NCBI GenBank assembly: GCA_017408025.1
Contig: JAFQVJ010000068.1
Coordinates: 107,440 to 171,439 of the forward strand
DNA length: 64,000 bases
Direction: 5' to 3'
From: Lachnospiraceae bacterium
GTDB lineage: Bacteria; Bacillota; Clostridia; Lachnospirales; Lachnospiraceae
Shown: one piece after another, positions 27,862 through 34,675 of the stretch
How positions within the stretch are numbered: position 1 is the stretch's first letter
Layout: each line of letters begins with the position of its first letter
Made by a program: the position numbers and the translations under genes
The notes under the pieces: model-generated
Told to the model about the DNA's origin: nothing
Databases searched by the model: none
What the model saw: only the letters and a program-made list of their open reading frames with translations

Positions 27862-28992
27862 TTAATTATTATTTTCTATTATATCGTTTTCGCCTGTCCT
27901 CTTTTTGAAAACGATTGCCACAGCCATACATGCAGCTGCAATTACTATGTAAACAACACCTATAACTATGGTTCTGTTACTTACGGCACCTATATTTTTC
28001 TCGACAAATTCGACCAATGCTTTTTCAATAGAGTCCTGCGTTCCCCCTATAGAATCAACCAAAACGCCTTTAAGTATATTTATTATTATACCGAATATAG
28101 CAACTATTATACCAGATATAAGTGCTCCAATAGATACATTTCTAAAACCTCTATTCATGCGTTTTCTATACACAACTGTAATTTGTAGTATGGCAAATAC
28201 AATGGAAATAACTATTGTGATTATCATAATAACTGTAATAATGTCAAGCGCACCTTCGATTTTGTTTATAACACCAGAGATATCATACTCTTCATTTGCT
28301 TCTTTAATCTCCTTGTTTACAGCCTCGTTGACTTGAACTATACATTTATCTACTGTTTCTTCAATAGTAGGAATGACTGTTTCTTTTAGGGACTCCTTGG
28401 CCTCAGTCCTAATTTGTTCTATATCCACGTCTGCAATATTAACTGTTGTAGTTCCATATGTATCCTCAACATAATCTGATATAACGGTTGTAATATCAAC
28501 ATTATAATCAGCCTCAAGTTGCTGTAGGGACGAATTCTGTTTAAGAACATCTACGCTTACTACATCTGATGATTCCTTAATTTCATCAAGAATATCATCT
28601 ACCGCCTGTTCAGATACTTCTGTCACCACATCCATGCACTGATCCTTCACCCCTGAAATATCAATGTCCTCATTATTTTTTATGGCTTCTGTCATTGTTT
28701 TTGTTGCATCCTTAAGCACATCCTCTGAAAATACTTTAGAAACAGCATCCTCCGATAAGCCAAAATCCTCGTTACCATTCGTTATCTCGTTTGTCACTAC
28801 ATCCGTAATTGTTCCATAAACATTGGTATTTTCAAGTATTTCATTGATATCGCCACCTTTTAGTAAGGTTGTTTTCAACGATATCAGTACCCCTCCCAAA
28901 ATAAGCGACAACACTATTAAAAATGTTAAAAGAAATCCCAATATTGCTGTTTTTTTACCAGGTTTATTCATCTGTTGTTTCTCCATGTTCAT
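27862..28992 (-). CDS. Hypothetical membrane protein with long acidic extracytoplasmic region
   Basis: 376-aa ORF with an N-terminal TM helix, about 200 aa of D/E/T/V-rich segment, and 3-4 C-terminal TM helices. No family recognised. Confidence 0.5.
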   Translation of the reverse strand: MNMEKQQMNKPGKKTAILGFLLTFLIVLSLILGGVLISLKTTLLKGGDINEILENTNVYGTITDVVTNEITNGNEDFGLSEDAVSKVFSEDVLKDATKTMTEAIKNNEDIDISGVKDQCMDVVTEVSEQAVDDILDEIKESSDVVSVDVLKQNSSLQQLEADYNVDITTVISDYVEDTYGTTTVNIADVDIEQIRTEAKESLKETVIPTIEETVDKCIVQVNEAVNKEIKEANEEYDISGVINKIEGALDIITVIMIITIVISIVFAILQITVVYRKRMNRGFRNVSIGALISGIIVAIFGIIINILKGVLVDSIGGTQDSIEKALVEFVEKNIGAVSNRTIVIGVVYIVIAAACMAVAIVFKKRTGENDIIENNN

Positions 28993-29102
28993 GTCCTCCT
29001 AATGTTTTATACACAATACATTTATATAATAATATACCTTAATAGTGCCACTTTTACAAGCATACAGTGGTGAAAATTGCATGAACTTTTTTCTCGTTTC
29101 CC

Positions 29103-29131
29103 TTGTAAATTGAAAAATGATGTAATATAAT
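29103..29131 (+). promoter_or_regulatory. Sigma-A promoter of the DAHP synthase gene
   Basis: TTGTAA-N17-TATAAT, ending about 40 nt upstream of the start codon. Confidence 0.6.
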
Positions 29132-29172
29132 CTTCTTCGTTAAAAAGATAGAATATAGAAAGGATGAGTTTT

Positions 29173-30201
29173 ATGAGTTTTGAATTCGTCAGAAAGCTTC
29201 CAACTCCACAGGAAATCAAAGAACAATATCCAGTTCCTGAAAAGTTAGTCGCTTTAAAAGAAAATAGAGATAAGCAGATTGCCGATGTATTTACAGGAAA
29301 ATCAGATAAGTTTCTCCTTATCATAGGACCATGCTCTGCCGATAACGAGGATGCAGTTCTTGATTATGTTTCAAGATTAGCAAAGGTACAGGAAAAGGTT
29401 GCAGATAAACTTATTATCATACCTCGTATCTACACAAATAAGCCTCGTACTACAGGTCAGGGCTACAAAGGTATGCTTCACCAGCCAGATCCTGAGAAAA
29501 AACCTGATATGCTTAATGGTCTTTTAGCTATCAGACATATGCATATCCGTTCAATGGAGGAAACTGGACTTACAGCTGCAGACGAGATGCTCTACCCTGA
29601 GAACTATCGCTACTTCTCAGATATTCTTTCATATGTTGCCGTAGGTGCACGTTCAGTTGAGGATCAACAGCACCGTCTCACTGCTTCAGGCATGGATATT
29701 CCATGTGGTATGAAAAACCCTACAAGCGGAAATCTGTCTGTTATGCTTAACTCAGTTGTGGCAGCGCAGTCAAGTCACACATTCCTGTACAGAGGCTGGG
29801 AGGTAAATACAACTGGAAACCCGCTTACACACACTATTCTTCGTGGTTCGGTTAATAAACATGAACAAGCGATACCAAACTATCACTATGAAGATTTAAA
29901 GCTTCTCTATGAGCTTTATCAGCAAAAGAATCTATTGAACCCAGCAGTTATCGTAGATGCCAACCACTCTAACTCAAATAAGCAGTATATGGAACAGATA
30001 CGTATCACAAAGGATATTCTTCACAGTCGCAACAACTCTGACGAGCTCAAAGGCTTCGTAAAGGGTATCATGATAGAAAGCTATATTGAAGGTGGTGCCC
30101 AAAAGATTGGAGAGCACATTTACGGAAAATCCATCACTGACCCATGCCTTGGCTGGGCTGAATCAGAAAAGCTTATATATAATGTAGCAGATTTAGTTTA
30201 G
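29173..30201 (+). CDS. aroG: 3-deoxy-7-phosphoheptulonate (DAHP) synthase, class I
   Basis: LLIIGPCSADNEDAVLDY ... IIPRIYTNKPRT ... VDANHSNS are typical of AroF/G/H-type enzymes. The ATG at 29173 has better RBS spacing than the one at 29164. Confidence 0.9.
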   Translation: MSFEFVRKLPTPQEIKEQYPVPEKLVALKENRDKQIADVFTGKSDKFLLIIGPCSADNEDAVLDYVSRLAKVQEKVADKLIIIPRIYTNKPRTTGQGYKGMLHQPDPEKKPDMLNGLLAIRHMHIRSMEETGLTAADEMLYPENYRYFSDILSYVAVGARSVEDQQHRLTASGMDIPCGMKNPTSGNLSVMLNSVVAAQSSHTFLYRGWEVNTTGNPLTHTILRGSVNKHEQAIPNYHYEDLKLLYELYQQKNLLNPAVIVDANHSNSNKQYMEQIRITKDILHSRNNSDELKGFVKGIMIESYIEGGAQKIGEHIYGKSITDPCLGWAESEKLIYNVADLV

Positions 30202-30218
30202 AATATATATCTAAAAAA

Positions 30219-30256
30219 GGCAAGCACATATTTTAGCTAATGTGCTTGCCTTTTCT
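30219..30256 (+). terminator. Intrinsic terminator of DAHP synthase gene
   Basis: GGCAAGCACAT-(loop)-ATGTGCTTGCC followed by TTTTCTT. Confidence 0.75.
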
Positions 30257-30259
30257 TAT

Positions 30260-30384
30260 GGATCGCACTAAGGCGGATAGGAAGATGTCGCTAAAGCGAC
30301 CCGTCGTATGTGGAGAATCTTGCAAGCAAGATTCTTTTTTTGTTTAATAGGAAAGTTCTTCAAACTTCCCTATTAAACAAAAAA
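30260..30384 (+). repeat. Modular intergenic repeat, copy A (module M plus hairpin H)
   Basis: GGATCGCACTAAGGCGGATAGGAAGATGTCGCTAAAGCGAC...GGAGAATCTTGCAAGCAAGATTCTTTTTT, then the hairpin TTTGTTTAATAGGAAAGTT/AACTTCCCTATTAAACAAA. Its reverse complement recurs almost identically at 40983-41082. Confidence 0.75.
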
Positions 30385-30410
30385 CGCTCAGCTATGGATA
30401 TGAGAAAGTG

Positions 30411-31238
30411 TTATTTTTCAAATATCTCTTTTTTATTGATAATAAATACACCTACCACTAAGCTGACTATCAACGGTATCAGCATGTATACTATACCCTC
30501 TGTCGGTTTTATATCTCTTCCGCTGGACATGTAATCACGAACTAACATAGTATAACTAGCTAAAAAAACTTTGTTCAATATAAGTACTCCAGCCATATGA
30601 TATATCATAATTAGCAGGAAGCTTACTATCGGTCCCATAATCATAGACAGCATTACCTGTACACTGGATACCATAAGTGAATAAAGTAACGGCATAACAA
30701 ATACATAGAGTATCATATTCGTCTGAGATATTCCACCAATATAGGACTGGTCCATGTTCATAAACAAGTCTGAATGATATTTAAAGCTTATAGAACAGCC
30801 AGTAGCAACACAGTATATAAATATAATCATATACACTATTAGATAACACAATATAACTGTAACAAACATCCACAGGCACTTACTAAACCACCAGTTTTTC
30901 TTCTTTTCAACTCGTATAAATACCTGCTTACCATATCCATATATATCATCAAATGGATAATATCCAACCATAGTTGCAACAATAATCTGCATACCAATGA
31001 ATGTAATGGGAATATCTACCGTACCAATATCTAAATTTATCTCTTTTGCTCCCTTAAAAAAATATATCAAATGATCCATAAATGTTCTGGATTCATCATC
31101 TATATATATTTCTGAAAACGTACTGAAGAGCACACAGCATATGACAGCAAATATAGCAGCTATCACATACTTTTTGTAATTATATACAAATCCACATCTT
31201 AGGTCATATTTAATTATTCTATATAATCTATGCTTCAT
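30411..31238 (-). CDS. ABC-2-type transporter permease-like membrane protein (second permease)
   Basis: About 6 TM helices. Starts at the internal ATG 31238 (MKHRLYRIIKYDL...), 17 nt after the ATPase stop. The layout is typical of LanE/LanG-like permeases. Confidence 0.62.
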   Translation of the reverse strand: MKHRLYRIIKYDLRCGFVYNYKKYVIAAIFAVICCVLFSTFSEIYIDDESRTFMDHLIYFFKGAKEINLDIGTVDIPITFIGMQIIVATMVGYYPFDDIYGYGKQVFIRVEKKKNWWFSKCLWMFVTVILCYLIVYMIIFIYCVATGCSISFKYHSDLFMNMDQSYIGGISQTNMILYVFVMPLLYSLMVSSVQVMLSMIMGPIVSFLLIMIYHMAGVLILNKVFLASYTMLVRDYMSSGRDIKPTEGIVYMLIPLIVSLVVGVFIINKKEIFEK

Positions 31239-31254
31239 ATATAACACCTTTCCC

Positions 31255-31929
31255 TTACGCCTGTTGACTCTGCTCTTCTTTACGTTCATCCACCTTATAC
31301 TGTTTCTTTATTATACCTCCATCTATCTCAATTATCTCATCTGAAAGATAGAACAGCTCTTCTTTATCATGACATGCCAAAATGACAACCTTATCTTCTT
31401 TCTTTAGTTCATCAAGAATCTCTCTTATAATTTTTACACCCTCTTCATCTACAGCATTGACAGGCTCGTCCAGTATAATAATATCTGGTTTCTCCATTAT
31501 AGCACAGGCAATACCAAGCTTCTGTTTCATGCCAAGAGAATACTTTTTGTACTTTTTCTTATCTTCCGGATCAAGGCCTACACGCTCTATAACTGCCTTA
31601 ATCTCCTCATCACTGATAATATTCTTGATAGATGCTATCATTTTCAGATTGTCAAAGCCCGAGTATGATGGTAAAAACGCAGGATTTTCTATAAGCAAAC
31701 CAATACTTTCCGGAAACGACATATCCTTGCCTAAAATTTTACCACCTATAACCACTTCTCCCTCTGTAGCTGTTATCAAGCCTGATATAATGCGCATGAG
31801 CATAGTCTTTCCACTGCCATTTTTTCCCTTCAAACCATATATTTTCCCTGTATTCATGCCTACATTGATACCCGAAAGAACAGTATTACTTCCTATTTTT
31901 TTAGTTACATTTTTAACTTCTATGTACAT
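31255..31929 (-). CDS. ABC transporter ATP-binding protein
   Basis: Walker A GKNGSGKT, signature YSLGMKQK, Walker B IIILDEP. Start ATG at 31929 (MYIEVKNVTKK) follows GAGGAAAAAATA. Confidence 0.9.
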   Translation of the reverse strand: MYIEVKNVTKKIGSNTVLSGINVGMNTGKIYGLKGKNGSGKTMLMRIISGLITATEGEVVIGGKILGKDMSFPESIGLLIENPAFLPSYSGFDNLKMIASIKNIISDEEIKAVIERVGLDPEDKKKYKKYSLGMKQKLGIACAIMEKPDIIILDEPVNAVDEEGVKIIREILDELKKEDKVVILACHDKEELFYLSDEIIEIDGGIIKKQYKVDERKEEQSQQA

Positions 31930-31942
31930 TATTTTTTCCTCG

Positions 31943-32917
31943 CTATTTTTTGCCAAGCTTTTCCAGCTCTGTAAACGGCAGCAGATAAACTTCCGCAGCA
32001 TTAAAATTCTCTATATTTGTGTTGTAGCCTTCATCCATAACAAGATACATATCCTCCATTTCATCCTCAACAAAAATATATATTATCTCACCTATATATT
32101 CTTCCTTTGGTTCTAAAACAATACAGCTTGGATTCACGCCACCTGAATCACGCAAAAACTTATCTGCCATATTGGTGTAAATTGGTTCACCGCCGGTTGT
32201 ATAATCAGACTTATATACCATTGTTTTTCTGTATAACTTTCCATCATCAAGATATGTAAAATCCTCCATATAATGCATATTATAAAGCCATATCTCATTT
32301 TCTGTTGGCAAGAGGTTAGTGTATTTTACTGTTAATTTCACAGCTTTAAGTTTTTGATTTTCTATAATTGTCTCCTCACCATAATCAAGATCACCATATC
32401 TAACCTTTTTTTTCTGCGTAAATGTATTAAATGTACCATCCGTATTTATCAAACCTTTTTGTAATTCTTTACATAAATCATTGGTAAAGCCATGTTCAAA
32501 TGCTCCACTTATTCCATCCATCGTAACATTTAACCCACTAAAATATTTTGTCAAATCATCTATCTCCTCATATCCTAAAAACTCCACCTCAGCATATGAC
32601 ATGATATGTCTGAATTTATATTTATCAGTTATAAATTCCTTATTGATTTCCCTGCTGTCATATCTATCTTTATATTCACCTTTATGATATTCTGCATTAG
32701 CCTCAGCCTCCCTAATGGTTTCACTCATCTCATTCCATTCACTTTGTAATTCCTGCATTTCAGCTTGTTCCGCTTCATTCAATTTTGCCAATTCTTCCGA
32801 AGACAAAGTACTACTCTCTTCACTATCATTCTTTATAATCACCATAGCAACAATCATCACACATACTAACATTACCAATATAATTGTAAAAATTAAATTT
32901 TTCTTTTTATTATACAT
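31943..32917 (-). CDS. Hypothetical N-terminally anchored extracytoplasmic protein
   Basis: 324 aa: TM helix (LIFTIILVMLVCVMIVAMVII), an acidic coiled segment (EELAKLNEAEQAEMQELQSEW), then a ~230-aa globular region. No family recognised. Confidence 0.55.
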   Translation of the reverse strand: MYNKKKNLIFTIILVMLVCVMIVAMVIIKNDSEESSTLSSEELAKLNEAEQAEMQELQSEWNEMSETIREAEANAEYHKGEYKDRYDSREINKEFITDKYKFRHIMSYAEVEFLGYEEIDDLTKYFSGLNVTMDGISGAFEHGFTNDLCKELQKGLINTDGTFNTFTQKKKVRYGDLDYGEETIIENQKLKAVKLTVKYTNLLPTENEIWLYNMHYMEDFTYLDDGKLYRKTMVYKSDYTTGGEPIYTNMADKFLRDSGGVNPSCIVLEPKEEYIGEIIYIFVEDEMEDMYLVMDEGYNTNIENFNAAEVYLLPFTELEKLGKK

Positions 32918-32937
32918 TTTTACCCTCCTACAGCCTG

Positions 32938-33516
32938 CTACAACTCAAAGCAATACACCAATCCATTTTCACTATCATCAATATTTATCTGAATATCATC
33001 TACATCAAGTTCATTAAATGTTTTTTCGGAATAATAACATCCCCAAATACCAAACACAACAAGATATTCTCTTGGTTCACCAATATTTAAGTCATCAATT
33101 ATTATACTTCCATTATTCATATAATACATATAGTCTATCATTACTGGGCTGACATCATATTCATTATATGCGTACATCCTCGATGTATCAATTTGATAAT
33201 TTTCCTCCAATGCTGTAATTTCAAACTTAACTAGAACATATTTCTGCTGACCTAATTCTTCTTCATCTAGATCTAATTGTGTTCTATGTTCTTCAAGACC
33301 ATATACCTTAAGAATTTCATCAAAGTCATATATCTCTGCACTATTAAGTCTGTATCTTACGCCTTGATAATCTAACGCATCCCCATATCCATAATGTACA
33401 TCTTCTGGAATTCTATACTTTGCATATGTGTCATAAATCTTAACTCCCCATATAACAAGCAATATCACCAAAAGTAAAACTCCTATGATTTTCTTGATTT
33501 TTATATTTTTTCTCAT
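32938..33516 (-). CDS. Hypothetical N-terminally anchored extracytoplasmic protein
   Basis: 192 aa: TM helix (IIGVLLLVILLVIWGV) plus a beta-rich-looking domain. The start codon overlaps the upstream stop (TGATG). Confidence 0.55.
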   Translation of the reverse strand: MRKNIKIKKIIGVLLLVILLVIWGVKIYDTYAKYRIPEDVHYGYGDALDYQGVRYRLNSAEIYDFDEILKVYGLEEHRTQLDLDEEELGQQKYVLVKFEITALEENYQIDTSRMYAYNEYDVSPVMIDYMYYMNNGSIIIDDLNIGEPREYLVVFGIWGCYYSEKTFNELDVDDIQINIDDSENGLVYCFEL

Positions 33517-34340
33517 CAGTACACCTCCTTCTTGGAGCTAACAAACCCAAAATATGTACATACGAATAATATAATAATTTCAACAAAAAGAATACTATAG
33601 TTATATTGACTATTTGTTTGCGCATGAAGTGTAGCTGAAAAATCTATTTCACCTACACCTGTTACTCTGCTAAGAAATATCAGCATAAACGATAATACAA
33701 AAGGTGTGATAAACACACTAAAATAATTGTATATATGTTTAGAGACAAGTAACGCTAAAGTAGCAAGCAAGCCTGCAACCACAAATACCAGTAGTATTCT
33801 AAACAAAGTATATATCATAGGGTGTTCATAAAACAAATCTATGCAGAATGTTTCTTCCCCTATAATAGCCATATAATACCTATATGGCTTATGTAAAGGT
33901 AATATAGTTGCCAATGCAAAGAATTGTGCTAGCATAGGTACAACCACTACCATACCACCTGTTATAAAGGTTGCTATATATTTTGCTCTCATATATGTCT
34001 TCATAGACATTCGCGATACCATCTGCTTTACATAACCAATCTTCATCTCTGAATAAAATGAAGTTCCGTATGGAAGTGTAGCCAATATAGGCATAATAAA
34101 GAATATAATAACAATATGTTGATTAGGACTAAATAATATCCATTGGTCATATGGAGTTGCTTCACATACACCTTCAACACCTATATATCCAAACTCTTTG
34201 CCGATATCATCAATAAAAACACAACTATCATACACCTCCATAAAATGCATAATGCAAAATACAGCTACACATAGAAAGGATAAAAGAGTCCACTTGTTAA
34301 AAATTCCTCTTTTCAATTCATTTTTTAGCACTCTGTACAT
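33516..34340 (-). CDS. ABC-2-type transporter permease-like membrane protein (first permease)
   Basis: 274 aa with about 6 TM helices. The N-terminus MYRVLKNELKRGIFNKW is typical of ABC-2/LanE-like permeases. RBS GTGAGGT is present. Confidence 0.6.
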   Translation of the reverse strand: MYRVLKNELKRGIFNKWTLLSFLCVAVFCIMHFMEVYDSCVFIDDIGKEFGYIGVEGVCEATPYDQWILFSPNQHIVIIFFIMPILATLPYGTSFYSEMKIGYVKQMVSRMSMKTYMRAKYIATFITGGMVVVVPMLAQFFALATILPLHKPYRYYMAIIGEETFCIDLFYEHPMIYTLFRILLVFVVAGLLATLALLVSKHIYNYFSVFITPFVLSFMLIFLSRVTGVGEIDFSATLHAQTNSQYNYSILFVEIIILFVCTYFGFVSSKKEVY

Positions 34341-34402
34341 TTATATAACCTCACAAAAATAATACTTTAAAATCTACAACCAACAGACATCTCTATATAT
34401 AC

Positions 34403-34494
34403 ACTATAGTTTCTCATTTGACCATTGCGAAGTTGTATTTTTTCACCTTTTAAAAAAATACAACTTCGCAATGGCGTATTAGCTTTTTTATATT
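34403..34494. promoter_or_regulatory. Divergent promoter pair sharing a perfect 22-bp inverted repeat (candidate operator)
   Basis: Arms are 34422-34443 (CCATTGCGAAGTTGTATTTTTT) and 34453-34474, with a 9-nt spacer. Each arm contains an outward-facing TTCGCA. On the minus strand this gives TTCGCA-N17-TATAGT; on the plus strand TTCGCA-N18-TATATT. Confidence 0.55.
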
Positions 34495-34532
34495 ATATTA
34501 CATTTAAAATTAAACAAAAGGAGATTTCACAA

Positions 34533-34673
34533 ATGAAAACACTTAAAAAATTTATAACACTTATCTCATGCGTATGTATTATTACAACCTCTATTAAGAT
34601 ACCTTTTTATTCAGAGTCGCCTAATTATTCAGTATACTCTGATGATCATAAAGAGTCCAACATAAAAAACTAA
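34533..34673 (+). CDS. Small exported pro-peptide candidate (46 aa)
   Basis: AAAGGAG RBS lies 7 nt upstream of the ATG. Sequence is MKTLKKFITLISCVCIITTSIKIPFYS-ESPNYSVYSDDHKESNIKN: a basic N-terminus, a hydrophobic core, then a hydrophilic tail. Its stop is 2 nt from the stop of the convergent regulator. Confidence 0.5.
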   Translation: MKTLKKFITLISCVCIITTSIKIPFYSESPNYSVYSDDHKESNIKN

Positions 34674-34675
34674 GT

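Noticed and set aside
29022-29324. 100-aa minus-strand ORF overlapping the aroG promoter and 5' end
   Set aside because: It is antisense to a strongly supported gene and promoter, with no RBS and a low-complexity sequence.
31382-32116. 244-aa plus-strand ORF, along with similar long antisense ORFs at 42082-42624, 18806-19303, 20401-20709, 13632-14234, 1734-2198, 25123-25548 and 9413-9889
   Set aside because: All lie entirely antisense to well-supported minus-strand genes. They are Ser/Leu/Ile/Phe-rich low-complexity translations with no RBS or recognisable motif. They are shadow ORFs typical of AT-rich genomes.
34425-34532. Longer 82-aa version of the small plus-strand ORF
   Set aside because: Its start lies inside the 22-bp palindrome and has no RBS. 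The internal ATG at 34533 has a canonical AAAGGAG and yields a sensible signal-peptide-like N-terminus.
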